Numbered from the stretch's first letter, positions 1 through 10,368 are shown. The stretch: DNA of 64,000 nucleotides from Dehalococcoidia bacterium (GCA_965197645.1 OZ240219.1:1920001-1984000); one strand, 5' to 3'. Numbers and translations are program-made. Notes: a model not told the origin generated them from the sequence alone.

Positions 1-189
1 GGCGCCACACCATTCTACGAGCCGTTTGAACTTCGGTAGGTCCGGAACATGTCCTTTCTCAACGCGCGCCAGCGTATTGAAGGGGATACCTGTATCGAGT
101 GCAGCTTCCCGGAGGCTCATCCCCCTGCGGGTTCGCTCGGCCAAGACAAGACCACCTAGGTCGCTGAGATCAAGCTTGCCTGCACTCAT
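1..189 (-). CDS. XRE-family HTH transcriptional regulator (runs off the window edge)
   Basis: Not in the ORF track. Manual translation from ATG at 189 gives MSAGKLDLSDLGGLVLAERTRRGMSLREAALDTGIPFNTLARVEKGHVPDLPKFKRLVEWCGA..., with a GGAGG RBS upstream and a classic XRE HTH pattern. Divergent from the Ubl operon. Confidence 0.8.
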   Translation of the reverse strand, partial: MSAGKLDLSDLGGLVLAERTRRGMSLREAALDTGIPFNTLARVEKGHVPDLPKFKRLVEWCGA

Positions 190-209
190 CGCGCCTCCTG
201 TGCGCAAAA

Positions 210-306
210 TGGTACACTGTGCCACTGAAGGCTTGACATGGGGTCGACCATCTCGTACCCTGTATTTTGTTATACCGCAGTTGGTACTGTCAACATCTTG
301 TAGTAC
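210..306 (+). promoter_or_regulatory. Putative sigma70 promoter and operator region for the Ubl operon
   Basis: TTGACA (233-238), 17 bp spacer, TACCCT (256-261). Imperfect palindromes TGGTACACTGTGCCA (210-224) and GTACT...AGTAC (about 284-306). Confidence 0.45.
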
Positions 307-323
307 AGCGGAAGAAGCAAACG

Positions 324-572
324 ATGAACGGTCACATTGAGATCTACGTTAGCGGGCGAGAGTACAAAGTCCCGGACAACCTCGTGACCTATGACCAAAT
401 CGTCAAGATTTGGAACGAGCTGCACGAGCCGGAGAACAAACACATCATAGGCACTCCCGGCATCGACTACGAGGACGACCTGAAGGGTGAGGACGGTGTC
501 CTCCTGCCGGGTAAGGACGTCCAAGTCACAGATGGCACCAGTTTCACGGTGGACCCGGAGCATGTCTCCTAA
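324..572 (+). CDS. Multi-ubiquitin-domain (beta-grasp) ubiquitin-like protein
   Basis: 82 aa, IYVSGREYKV...TYDQIVKI...GVLLPGKDVQVTDGTSFTV matches the multi-ubiquitin pattern. The stop overlaps the start of the ThiF gene. Confidence 0.75.
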   Translation: MNGHIEIYVSGREYKVPDNLVTYDQIVKIWNELHEPENKHIIGTPGIDYEDDLKGEDGVLLPGKDVQVTDGTSFTVDPEHVS

Positions 573-1749
573 AGACCGCCTCACCGCGTTCGGTGAGGCG
601 GTCTTGTTTGACGTCAGCCTCGATACCGACGTGGTTCGGGCCGTGAAAGTTCCTTGTCTCCTGGCAGATGGGGTCGTTGGCACCTGCACCATTGAGAAAT
701 CTTGCGACCCCGACAGCGGCAAGCCGACCGAGCAGATAGGTGGTGCTGTCCATGCCGTACGCATAGTGCCAGACGAGGCGAAGGATGGCTGCGTGTACAA
801 CGCAGATGGGACACTGATCGGGAGCCGGATAGACGGTGACGGCGAAACCTGGTCGAACATTTCCATCCACAAGGGAAGTCAAAGCAGACCGGAGAAGGAC
901 GAGTCGGCGAGAGACGTTGTTCACCGCTATGCCAAGCAGATCGTTGGGGCAGCATCGGCCGCAGGGCATGTTGCCCCCGCTTCACCCGCTATACCTGACC
1001 CATTCAAGATTCCCAACACGTTCGAGGCACGTGCGGGGATAATTCCGGTTCAGGACCGCATCCGCAGTCAGAATATTGTGATCATCGGCCTAGGCGGGAC
1101 GGGCTCCTACGTTCTCGATCTCATTGCCAAGACGCCCGTGCGGGGAATCCACGTCTTGGATGACGACTACATGGATTGGCATAACTTTATGCGGGCCCCC
1201 GGCGCGCCTACCGACGACGTGATTGAGTTACGTCGGAAGGGGAGTTTGCTGAAAGTGGACTACTACCGTCCAATATACGAACCCCTGCGGGAAGGCATCC
1301 AGCTGCACGAGATCCGTGTCGACAGCAAGTCCACGTTCAACGAGTTTCTGTCGGATCATCCCATCGACTTTGCCTTCGTGTGTATTGACCAGCTGACCGA
1401 AGGCGATTCACCGCGGCAGGATGTGGTCTACTGCGCCTTGTCCGAGGCAAGGGTGCCGTTCATAGACTCGGGCGTGAGCATAACGGTGGAGGACAGCGCT
1501 ATAGCCGGCGCCGTGACTACGAGCTTCTATGAGGCAGGCTCTGTTGCATGGAAAGGCCCCATACCGAATTCGAAGGTCGAGGGCGATGTCCCCGGCTATC
1601 GAAACGTCCAGCTGCCGGAAGTGAACGCCTTGGCGGCATCTCTCGCCGTGATGGAGTGGCGCCGCCGCACGGAGCAGTTTATTTCCAAAGACGCCTCGTT
1701 TCTCCATAAGTTCCGCCTCGAAACACCCCGCATGGTCAGAGCAGACTAA
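562..1749 (+). CDS. ThiF/E1-like adenylyltransferase with a DUF6791-like N-terminal domain
   Basis: IIGLGGTGSYVLDLIAKTPV nucleotide-binding motif, HNFMRAPGA, and C-terminal NVQLPEVNALAASLAV. ATG at 562 is coupled to the Ubl gene. Confidence 0.85.
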   Translation: MSPKDRLTAFGEAVLFDVSLDTDVVRAVKVPCLLADGVVGTCTIEKSCDPDSGKPTEQIGGAVHAVRIVPDEAKDGCVYNADGTLIGSRIDGDGETWSNISIHKGSQSRPEKDESARDVVHRYAKQIVGAASAAGHVAPASPAIPDPFKIPNTFEARAGIIPVQDRIRSQNIVIIGLGGTGSYVLDLIAKTPVRGIHVLDDDYMDWHNFMRAPGAPTDDVIELRRKGSLLKVDYYRPIYEPLREGIQLHEIRVDSKSTFNEFLSDHPIDFAFVCIDQLTEGDSPRQDVVYCALSEARVPFIDSGVSITVEDSAIAGAVTTSFYEAGSVAWKGPIPNSKVEGDVPGYRNVQLPEVNALAASLAVMEWRRRTEQFISKDASFLHKFRLETPRMVRAD

Positions 1750-1758
1750 CTCGTAGGA

Positions 1759-2184
1759 GTGGGTGGCGTGAAACTACGTCCCATCTTTGTAGAGGTGATG
1801 CCCGGGTTCGAAGCAATCAAAGACGGCGAGCTTTGGATCAGCCACAAGCATAGAACTATTAACCTGCGCTGTCCGTGTGGTTGCGGCGAGTTGACGGTCC
1901 TGACTCTTCATCCCAGTCGATGGCACGTTTGTTTCGACGGGAAGGCGGTCTCCCTTGAGGGTCCAACGGGCGGGTCAGTGTGGGCCAATTCCGGCTGCGG
2001 CAGCCACTATGCTATACGAAGCAACGCCGTGGTCTGGCTGGGCAGGATCGATCCAAGTCGTCATTTGGAGTACGCGGAGGACGAGCGGTCACGCATGCTT
2101 GGCTCCACGTCGAGCCATCAGAGTCTTCGTTCCTGGCTGGCGCGCGTCTGGCGTGGCCTTCGGTTCGGGACGTGGCGCAAGTGA
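1759..2184 (+). CDS. DUF6527 family Cys/His-rich protein (putative peptidase of the Ubl operon)
   Basis: LRCPCGCGE...W..FDGKAVSL...GCGSHYAIRSNAVVW pattern, directly after ThiF. Confidence 0.8.
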   Translation: MGGVKLRPIFVEVMPGFEAIKDGELWISHKHRTINLRCPCGCGELTVLTLHPSRWHVCFDGKAVSLEGPTGGSVWANSGCGSHYAIRSNAVVWLGRIDPSRHLEYAEDERSRMLGSTSSHQSLRSWLARVWRGLRFGTWRK

Positions 2185-2350
2185 AGGCCCGTATGCTGCC
2201 ATGGCGAGGAGAGAACGATGGGACGGCCAATACTGGGAAAGAGTGAAGGTGGCATCACGCTGATTGCATCCATTCTTATTCCGGACCGGAGAGGACTCGC
2301 CAGATTGAGAAGCCCAGCGTGAATGTCCACATCTCAGGAGGTAGGGGCAG

Positions 2351-3418
2351 ATGCCATCGCAACAACACGAACAGTGGAAGCTAGACCTCTTCGACCACCT
2401 GGACCGCAAGCTGAGCGCATGCATCTCATGCGAGTTCGGGGAGAGCAGGGACAGTTACACGCCCAGGCATCGAGGGCGGCTCCGCGAGCCTTCCCAACAG
2501 ATCCTGTGGGCATGCGAACGGATGCACCCTCACAGCTACGACCTGCTGAGGGGCGCCGGATACGTAGTACTGGAACAGAATCAGTCCTCGCCGGTAAATG
2601 GGACGAGCTGCCGGCCGGACATCACTATCCTGAACACTCATCGCCAGCCTCTGGCATTCATAGAGATCGTTCGCTCCAACCGCCCTACTAACTCTCTTCG
2701 AGTGGCGGAAGAGCTGGGCATTCCGTTGTTCACGATTCTCGCCCCTCACAGGCAGTCCCTTGTTCCCGGGCTCGGGCCGTCTCGTCCCTGGTGGGACTTT
2801 GACCCCAGCCTGCCGGCGGACGCCAAGCAGCAGATGTACTTCATGGAACAGGTGGCAGACGAGTTGATGCGCCGGAGCGGCGATGGCGACTCGACGTGGG
2901 CCGACCTGGACATGATGCTGGATGACGACGGGAACTTGGTCTTCGCGAGCTTCCGCGGCTCTCCGCCCGACTTGGCGGGCCCCACGTTTCCGAGGACGGG
3001 CGACCTGATTGTCGCGGAGCTGTGCTCTTGGGACTGCGACAAGGCGATGGAAGTGCTTGGGCGCGAGCAGCTCATGGACCAACAAAGCGCCATTGTATCC
3101 GTGCGAGAGACTCTGGAGCAGGACCTGGGGAGGATCCTGCTGGGAGCCATTCGAGGTGCGAGGGACGGGACCAGCCGGTTCGTCGTCCCGGTCGGGTCTG
3201 AGGAGGTTCACGTTGAGATGAGCCTGAAGCCTCTCAACCCACACGTGAGCGCTAACGACCCCGTAGTCCTCAACCTGATGGCCCAAGTCGCCAAGGCAGC
3301 CGACAAGGTTCGCACCCGCCATAGGCCAAAAACTGCCGCCTTCGTCGCGAACGAGTGTGAGATGACAACACTGACGGAGATGAGTGGCCCACAAGCCGAG
3401 GGCCGAGTCGAGATCTGA
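2351..3418 (+). CDS. Hypothetical protein with a PD-(D/E)XK-like nuclease motif
   Basis: RPDITIL...AFIEIVRS motif in a 355 aa ORF with an RBS. Confidence 0.55.
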   Translation: MPSQQHEQWKLDLFDHLDRKLSACISCEFGESRDSYTPRHRGRLREPSQQILWACERMHPHSYDLLRGAGYVVLEQNQSSPVNGTSCRPDITILNTHRQPLAFIEIVRSNRPTNSLRVAEELGIPLFTILAPHRQSLVPGLGPSRPWWDFDPSLPADAKQQMYFMEQVADELMRRSGDGDSTWADLDMMLDDDGNLVFASFRGSPPDLAGPTFPRTGDLIVAELCSWDCDKAMEVLGREQLMDQQSAIVSVRETLEQDLGRILLGAIRGARDGTSRFVVPVGSEEVHVEMSLKPLNPHVSANDPVVLNLMAQVAKAADKVRTRHRPKTAAFVANECEMTTLTEMSGPQAEGRVEI

Positions 3419-4268
3419 GAAAAGACGGCGGAGGACACGGGTGGCAACAACTAGGATTGACTTTGAACGAATCAGGAGGGAGTGGTCTTTCCATTGGCAC
3501 CGCTTTGACCGGTTCATACGTTGTTGGCTTAGTAGACTCTTCTTCTTCGTAACAGTTTGCTGTGTGGCCGTTACCACGCTCATTTGGCATTTTGCTCTAT
3601 TTGATGACCTGCAGGTCCGTATCTTCATGAGCGTAGTGATTGTCCTGGTGCCAATGTTCGAATTCCAGCCCCCACCTAGAACGTGGGCATCGCGAGAGGA
3701 GCTGCTTTGGATCTCGTCGTTTCTTGCGCTAACTATGCTGATCGTGGCGAGCGATAAGTTCGACTGGACTGGGGTTGGGATCCAGGCTGTCCTATTGCTA
3801 GTGGCACTTCCTTACGGGTGGGTGGTCTGGAAGCTGGTGCGCCGCAATTGGCTGTTGGTAACCGGATTGATACTGGCACTGGCTGCCATGATGGTTTACT
3901 GGGTGGCGGCGTTGGTCGGCGAGCAAGATTCCCCAGATTTGCTGCTATTGCCTCTCTTGGTGGTGCTTTTCTTTAGGGTTGCCTGGACACCGGTGGCGTG
4001 GCGGGCATTGGACCTTGCCCAACGATGGAAGAACCGTAGAGTCGGCGGTCCTGGTATGCGTGCAGTTGCCATGGCCGTCCTATTCTTACCCGTAATCCTG
4101 GTTGCGATGGCCGTACCCGGCATGGTCGGTCTCAGTATAACCTGGTCGGCCGTATCCCTGATGCTCGTAGGCTTTCTGCTGAGCACGGTGATCTCCGAAC
4201 CATTGAGACGTTTTCTGCTGGAATGGGGAAACCTAATGCCAGATGGGGAAACGGTCTCTAAAGTGTAG
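3384..4268 (+). CDS. Multi-pass membrane protein (start uncertain)
   Basis: About 7-8 long hydrophobic segments. Confidence 0.6.
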   Translation: MAHKPRAESRSEKRRRRTRVATTRIDFERIRREWSFHWHRFDRFIRCWLSRLFFFVTVCCVAVTTLIWHFALFDDLQVRIFMSVVIVLVPMFEFQPPPRTWASREELLWISSFLALTMLIVASDKFDWTGVGIQAVLLLVALPYGWVVWKLVRRNWLLVTGLILALAAMMVYWVAALVGEQDSPDLLLLPLLVVLFFRVAWTPVAWRALDLAQRWKNRRVGGPGMRAVAMAVLFLPVILVAMAVPGMVGLSITWSAVSLMLVGFLLSTVISEPLRRFLLEWGNLMPDGETVSKV

Positions 4269-4316
4269 TACGGAAGCTCGGAAGGCTTTCAAGCATTCAA
4301 TCTAGGCAGGCTATTC

Positions 4317-4694
4317 ATGAAGAGAAACATGGACTTGATCCGACAAATCTTACTGGCAATAGAAGGCGAACCATCAACCCAGCATGAGTTCAAAATGGCG
4401 GGCATAAACGATCTAGAGTTGTGGTACAACGTTGATTTGCTAGTACAGGCCAATCTCATTAGAGGCGTAGAAGTTCGCTGGGCAGCCGATGGTGCGGGGC
4501 CATACGCACATTCCAAAGGGCTAGTTGCCCTGACTTGGGACGGCCACGAATTCTTGGAGGCAATTCGAAATGAATCAGTTTGGCGAAAGGCCAATCAGAA
4601 GGCGAATGCCAGTGGCCTAGACTTACAGAGCTTGACGATTGAGGTGATCAAATCACTTTGCGTATCGACTGCTAAACAAATTCTGGGGGTGTAG
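4317..4694 (+). CDS. DUF2513 domain protein
   Basis: MKRNMDLIRQILLAIE...LTWDGHEFLEAIRNESVW signature. Confidence 0.85.
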   Translation: MKRNMDLIRQILLAIEGEPSTQHEFKMAGINDLELWYNVDLLVQANLIRGVEVRWAADGAGPYAHSKGLVALTWDGHEFLEAIRNESVWRKANQKANASGLDLQSLTIEVIKSLCVSTAKQILGV

Positions 4695-5672
4695 GTGCTG
4701 GTTGACGGCTGCACCATCGCTTACACTGCACTGTGGGCTAACTGTGGTGCCATAGCGACTCCCCAACACCGCAAGCAACTTAGGACAAGAATGGTCATAG
4801 ACTCCCAGAATCCTTACGCTCAGCGCTGTAACGAATCGGATATGGTCACAAATGCGTGCCGCATCGCCGAGGACGATGGTCTTCGCTCCCAACACATGAG
4901 ACGGCTAATCCAAGGCATGATCCCGACAGCATCTCATCCTCATGCAGCCACAATCCCGAAGGTTGTCATTCAATTCTGGCACGATTCCAACAACATACCT
5001 TCGGACGTCCAAGAGTGCCTCGACAGCTGGAAACGACTAGACAGTCAAGGTTTCAAGCGAATTCTCTTTGACGACTGCAATGCGAGACGGTTCATATCCA
5101 AGAGCTTCGGTCATAACCACGTTGCGGCTTTCGACCGTTGTCCCCACCCGGCGATGCGATGTGATTATTTTCGCCTATGCTACATACTGAAGAACGGTGG
5201 CTTCTACGTGGACGCCGACGAGTTTTACCAAGGAGGAGACTACGACTTTCTGTTTCTAGACGATCGACTAAAGATCCAACCTCTGTGCTATGACGTCGCA
5301 TCTGCGACAATGGTTCCCTACGACGTATTCACAAGAGAACATGGTGGCGCTCCTAGTTGGATCTTCTACGTAAACAACAACCCACTTGTGGCACCAGCCT
5401 CTCACCCCGTTGTTCGTTTGGCCCTGCGACGCTCGACTGGAATTCTCTTGAACGATGAAAGCAAACGACTCGACATACAATCAACGACTGGGCCAGGAAA
5501 CTTAACCGCCAGTTTGGTTAGACACGCAGTTATCTCCGAGCTGGAGAGTCAGGATCGCGACTTTTCCTTCATTGCAAACTGGGAAGCCATCTCCATCAGC
5601 CGTTGGCCTCTAAGCTATCGAAGTGATGACCGGAATTGGAGGCTATGGAATCATGCCCAACCGCTTATCTAG
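4695..5672 (+). CDS. GT32-like (DXD sugar-binding) glycosyltransferase (start uncertain, possibly 4791)
   Basis: IPKVVIQFW, RCDYFRLCYILKNGGFYVDAD and TTGPG motifs. Confidence 0.8.
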   Translation: MLVDGCTIAYTALWANCGAIATPQHRKQLRTRMVIDSQNPYAQRCNESDMVTNACRIAEDDGLRSQHMRRLIQGMIPTASHPHAATIPKVVIQFWHDSNNIPSDVQECLDSWKRLDSQGFKRILFDDCNARRFISKSFGHNHVAAFDRCPHPAMRCDYFRLCYILKNGGFYVDADEFYQGGDYDFLFLDDRLKIQPLCYDVASATMVPYDVFTREHGGAPSWIFYVNNNPLVAPASHPVVRLALRRSTGILLNDESKRLDIQSTTGPGNLTASLVRHAVISELESQDRDFSFIANWEAISISRWPLSYRSDDRNWRLWNHAQPLI

Positions 5673-5774
5673 AAGTGCATGGCGACCCCTGCAGCCTCAT
5701 ACTACGCCCGTAGCCGCTATCAACCTGCATCTTTCCTACTGGCACCTCGCCAGGAAAAGTGACTTGTACTTCTG

Positions 5775-7994
5775 ATGAATACCAAGAGACGAGCTAGTTT
5801 CCTTCCGCGTATGTGGTTTTGGGCCAAGCTGGGTGCGAGATGCCTAGAAAGCAAAACAACCTCTGGGTCATTTGGCAGGGAGGGCTCACACGATCCGGTT
5901 CAGCGAATATACGTAATCAATCTGGACCGACAGCCTGATCGCTGGCGGCGGACGAGTCGGGAGCTCAGCAGGCTACGCGACCGGTCCGGAAGGCCTTTAG
6001 CCAGGTTGAGCAGGCGCTTTTCTGCTGTGGATGCAAGGTACATTCCCGACGTAACGGGTAGAGACCTAGTTCAATCCAGTTATCAATTGTCCGACCAACT
6101 CTTCGTTCAGCCGGAGCCACGGTTGGACGAAATTGCAGATGCACAAGCCCGCGATATCGAAATGTCGCCGCAGGAAGTAGCAGTCGCGCTCTCGCACATC
6201 GAGGTTTGGAACCTGATAGCCTTGGGTCAGCCCCGCTATACACTTGTGCTGGAGGATGACATCTATTTCCCAAGGGGATTTGCTAACGTCTTTGATAAAA
6301 TTTGGAAAGAGCTTACTCATCGGAATGGGCAGGGCGCCGTTGCCGACCTCGTTTATCTGTCGTATGAGAAGGCTGTAAAGCAAGTGCCGGGAAGTCCTTT
6401 CTCTGGGCTATTGTTCAGACCATCGACTGGTCTTTGGCAACTGTCTGGTTACATACTGTCTAAGGAGGGCGCGCAGAAACTCCTCCGGCTACTACCCGTT
6501 CGAGGACCCGTGGATCTCTGGCTTAATCATCAGTTCAGAAAACTCGACGTGTTCGCGACACGGCGTCCGATAATAGTGCAGAGACCAGATGTACCTTCCA
6601 CAAATTCCTACTCTGTTCTACCGATTCTCTCTCAGGTCGGGGTGATCACCCGCGAAAAGCCGCTCCTCGTCAAAAGTAAGTCAATGCCCGGACCTGTCTT
6701 TGCTTTCGGCAAGGGTGGTTCGGGCTTAGCTTCTCTTGCAATGGCACTATCAATCTTGGGCTACAGGTGCTGCAGCGACGTTACGGCATTGCCCGCAGCT
6801 GAACACGCTGACCTGTTTGGGAAAAAGCGCGGGCGAGTGTTTGACGCCTACGTGAATATTGGCGCACTGGATTCTCAGTCGTTGACCGAACTGGCGAAGA
6901 TCTATCCCAAGGCGCGATTCATTTCGACAGTAAACGATGATGCGCCGCTGAATAGTTCAGCTAGGGAGTCTCATATCGGAGGTACTGTAGATCCTGTAGC
7001 TAACGGATACGCAACTGACAGCATCTTGACGCAACTATCATTAGAGATATCCAACAGGCTCCTAATACTGCCTACCCAACACCGTGACAAATGGGAGTTG
7101 CTTAGTGGTTTCCTAGGATGCGAGTATCCTGCGCATCCTTATCCCGATTGCGAAGACCAAGTGCAACGTCCACTTGTGGTGGGAGCGGATGAGAATCACA
7201 ATGGCTGGAGACCTCGGGTAAGACATCTCCAGAGAGATTCTTCTCCGTGGATTGTCCCTAGAAGAGACTGGCGCGGTCTGCCGCTCGCCGAGACTGGGGA
7301 GGCACAACGGTTGGATCGCCACAGTGTTGGCTTTTCTGATGAGTTCAGAGAATCGGATAGTGGAACCTGGATGCTACGCGATGACACCTTCCCAAGCAAC
7401 CTTGCGCTATTCACGCCAGACAACTTCGCGATTAACACAAACGGCGTTGGACAGCTCACGCTGCGTGAGGAGAATGTGTCTGTAAGACAATTCACATCCG
7501 CATCAATTGCTAGTCGGCAGCGGTATCTTTACGGGCGATTCGTAGCGGATCTGAGGCCATCAAAGGTGCCGGGTGTGATTACGGGAATGTTCTTGCACCG
7601 CAATGCGCCTCGTCAGGAAATCGACCTTGAGTTCTTGGGCAAGGATACGACGAGCTTGCTTGTAAATGTGTACTACAACCCCGGAGTCGAGGGGACGAAG
7701 CTGGAATACGGCTACCGAGGCGCTCCGACCCTCATCGATCTGGGGTTCGACGCCGCGTCGGAATTTCATCAATATGAAGTTGAATGGTGTTCAGACTTTA
7801 TCCAATGGCGTGTCGACGGACGGCTTGTATACAAGCGAGATATTTGGGACCCGACGCCCATCCCCCATTTGCCGATGCAGTTCAACGTAAATCTGTGGCC
7901 CTCCAGGTCCAAGAGGCTAGCTGGAAGGTTGGCTACTGGCGACCTGCCCACGCAGAGTTGCATCAGGAACATTGGTGTACAGTCACTGTCCTGA
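5775..7994 (+). CDS. Fusion of GT25 glycosyltransferase, sulfotransferase-like domain and GH16 glycoside hydrolase
   Basis: GT25: IYVINLDRQPDRW, SHIEVW, VLEDD. Middle: VFAFGKGGSGLASLAMALSILGY...YPKARFISTV...WELLSGFLG..P..PYP. GH16: YGRF...GVITGMFL...EIDLE...GFDAASEFHQY. Confidence 0.8.
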   Translation: MNTKRRASFLPRMWFWAKLGARCLESKTTSGSFGREGSHDPVQRIYVINLDRQPDRWRRTSRELSRLRDRSGRPLARLSRRFSAVDARYIPDVTGRDLVQSSYQLSDQLFVQPEPRLDEIADAQARDIEMSPQEVAVALSHIEVWNLIALGQPRYTLVLEDDIYFPRGFANVFDKIWKELTHRNGQGAVADLVYLSYEKAVKQVPGSPFSGLLFRPSTGLWQLSGYILSKEGAQKLLRLLPVRGPVDLWLNHQFRKLDVFATRRPIIVQRPDVPSTNSYSVLPILSQVGVITREKPLLVKSKSMPGPVFAFGKGGSGLASLAMALSILGYRCCSDVTALPAAEHADLFGKKRGRVFDAYVNIGALDSQSLTELAKIYPKARFISTVNDDAPLNSSARESHIGGTVDPVANGYATDSILTQLSLEISNRLLILPTQHRDKWELLSGFLGCEYPAHPYPDCEDQVQRPLVVGADENHNGWRPRVRHLQRDSSPWIVPRRDWRGLPLAETGEAQRLDRHSVGFSDEFRESDSGTWMLRDDTFPSNLALFTPDNFAINTNGVGQLTLREENVSVRQFTSASIASRQRYLYGRFVADLRPSKVPGVITGMFLHRNAPRQEIDLEFLGKDTTSLLVNVYYNPGVEGTKLEYGYRGAPTLIDLGFDAASEFHQYEVEWCSDFIQWRVDGRLVYKRDIWDPTPIPHLPMQFNVNLWPSRSKRLAGRLATGDLPTQSCIRNIGVQSLS

Positions 7995-8808
7995 ACCGAC
8001 TCTGTTTCACACGCGGCTGGCTGCGTTAGCAGCACAGAATCGAGAACTACCTCACCGTCCGCTAGTTGAATTCCTTTGGGCGCTTCCTGTGCAAAAGGCC
8101 ATGGCTTCCAGCGGCCCGCGTAGAATCTAGGCACTGCGAACAGGTGGCCTTGCCTGAACTAGGGGCGGCCCCAATCGGAGGAGTGCTGATCTAGGAGAAT
8201 CTGTTTGTGCAATGACGAAGAGCTCCGGCGCTGGGGCATGTCCGATGTAGCCTAGACAATGCGGCTCGATCTCTCGGTTAGCATAGCGGTGCTTGCGATC
8301 AGAGACCCCCGAGCCAAAGCTCGAAGACGGTTCTGTCTATCGTCAAAATAGGCCCACCACCGCTTACGGTAGATACCACTATCTTCGAGATGTGGCTAGG
8401 CAGCCTGTCGGCGCAATTTGAAGGGGAGATTCCAGTTGAGCCGACTCCACCGAAAGTTCCTCGACGATTACTTGGCAAACCTTTGATCAAAGCCCGCCGC
8501 TGCCTCTCGAGTGATTCCCTCTAACTTAGGGTTACTCTCTAGTAGCACTGTTGCGCCTTATCCCGCTCGGCGCCTGCTCTAGGTTGCCTCCTTGCAGTTG
8601 GCTAGATAAGTTCTTTCTGTAGTCTGCTTTATGTGGCCGCCTGACTCTGTCCTTCAATTGCGACGCATCAGGTAGGTCACAGGCTCTTGAGGTTCTGCTC
8701 CTAGACACACGCACACATGCCGGGATCTGCTGGCGAGCTTTGAGCTAGTTCATGGACGAACAGAAGAGGGTAATGTCGAGACATCAGTGAATCGCTTACC
8801 TCTGAGTC

Positions 8809-9732
8809 TTAGGAGTTCGGGCGCTCTAACAATTCTAGGATGTAGACTCGCTTCGGGATGATAAAGCTTGGAGACGATTCGTGGTCATCGTCCATGTCCC
8901 TAGAGTCTACTCCTATGCCAAATTCCTCGAAATCAACTTCTATTTCACTATTCTCAAATGGCCCACTCGAGCCATTGGCCAACCGTGGGTACATTTGACG
9001 CTGGCTTTCCTCAAGCAAAACCCCTATGTCATGAGGAAGCCTCGGGTGAGTTATTGAATCAGTGTCCAGTAAGGGAGACAAATCGTCGGGATTAATGACT
9101 CCCGTTGAAAGTGACTTCTGCAATCGTGGGCATATGGCTAGGCAACGCCATGGTACGGTTCGTGGGTCCCTCTGCAGGGAACGAAAGTCCTTTCCTCCTG
9201 GCGTGGCGATAGCCCATTCGATCGCGCCAGCAGGAGTCATAGTACAACCCAACTCACCTTCTGGGAATTGCCTCGAACAGCACCGCAAATCGGCCCTGTC
9301 TACGTTGAAGGAGTGGCTATAGAGGCAATACCTAGGAGTTAACTTGCGCGCCTTTGCATATGCCTTCAATATCTTGACTTGCCTCTTTTTTTGTCCCTTA
9401 ACCACGTGCCCCAGGTAACGGTAGTTCCCGGTTCTAAAGTCCAGTTTCTTGGCCTGAACAGCATATCCGACCCAGCCCATGTTACAGTTGCCCAGCCAAC
9501 ACTCGAAATCCGTCCCATATTTTGCTTCATCTCGCAGAGAGGTCTGCTTGAAGAGTTTGAATCCCTTCCGTCGTAAACCAAGCATCAGGATGTCAGTAAT
9601 GGTCTCTTCGCCGTAGCGCACTGAAAGCCGCTTGGCCTCCCGTAGATTTTCCCAGGTGTCTTCGGCGAGCGTCTGAAGCAAGACGTCCAGTGTTGGGACG
9701 AGGGAACTTGATATGGCTTGGGAATCAGACAT
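8809..9732 (-). CDS. DUF6615-like restriction-endonuclease-fold protein
   Basis: EETITD...EAKYGTDFECWL...YAVQAKKL motifs. Confidence 0.7.
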   Translation of the reverse strand: MSDSQAISSSLVPTLDVLLQTLAEDTWENLREAKRLSVRYGEETITDILMLGLRRKGFKLFKQTSLRDEAKYGTDFECWLGNCNMGWVGYAVQAKKLDFRTGNYRYLGHVVKGQKKRQVKILKAYAKARKLTPRYCLYSHSFNVDRADLRCCSRQFPEGELGCTMTPAGAIEWAIATPGGKDFRSLQRDPRTVPWRCLAICPRLQKSLSTGVINPDDLSPLLDTDSITHPRLPHDIGVLLEESQRQMYPRLANGSSGPFENSEIEVDFEEFGIGVDSRDMDDDHESSPSFIIPKRVYILELLERPNS

Positions 9733-10368
9733 CCTTTGGCCTGCTACTGGATTCTTCCTCTGGGAAAAGATAACACAATCTGTCGGCTGGTCCCGCGATT
9801 TCTAACATCATTCCCCTTGGTTGGTTAATGGAAGGTTGGAGACACGCTGCCTCCTTGGAGGAGTATACTCGTCTCGACTGATTACTGGCATCACTGAACC
9901 TGTGAAACCACCTAGAGCACGAGCCTCGCGACCGGCATATGGAACCTTGCCAGTCAGGTCAGATGAAAAGCGGGCATTGATCACGCCTATGGGCGGTTCT
10001 GGGCTGACCATGGATACACCGGTCGGCCGATAAAATGCCAGGAATTATCTGGCGTTCGAATAGTCAATAGGTCGGTCAGCGTTGTGATAGCTGCTAGCGG
10101 AAGCGTCTAGATTGTGGTGCATCCGAGTTTCCAGGTGCGGTGAGTTGATACAGCCTTGCAGTAGTCGGCACTTCTTCGAAATTCACCGTCCTACTAACGA
10201 GAGCCCTTCCGATGAATTGGTCAAAGATAAAGTCGTCGCTGCCTGCTCATTCTTCATTAAGAAGTAGACAGGCTTCAATAATGGGAACCGTCAACTACGT
10301 TCAGCCATTCACTCACCCCTCGACTCCGTCTGCCCGAGAGCGCGATAATGCAACCTGTGACGTCACTC

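Noticed and set aside
8299-8490. Short minus-strand ORF that also ends in LGGL*
   Set aside because: 63 aa with a TTG start, no signal peptide or recognisable domain, in a degenerate intergenic region. Treated as chance, though it cautions that GGL* can arise randomly.
7995-8808. Long spacer (also 9733-10347) as possible ncRNA or pseudogenes
   Set aside because: Multiple stops in the frames examined and no recognisable motif or structure, so no call can be supported.
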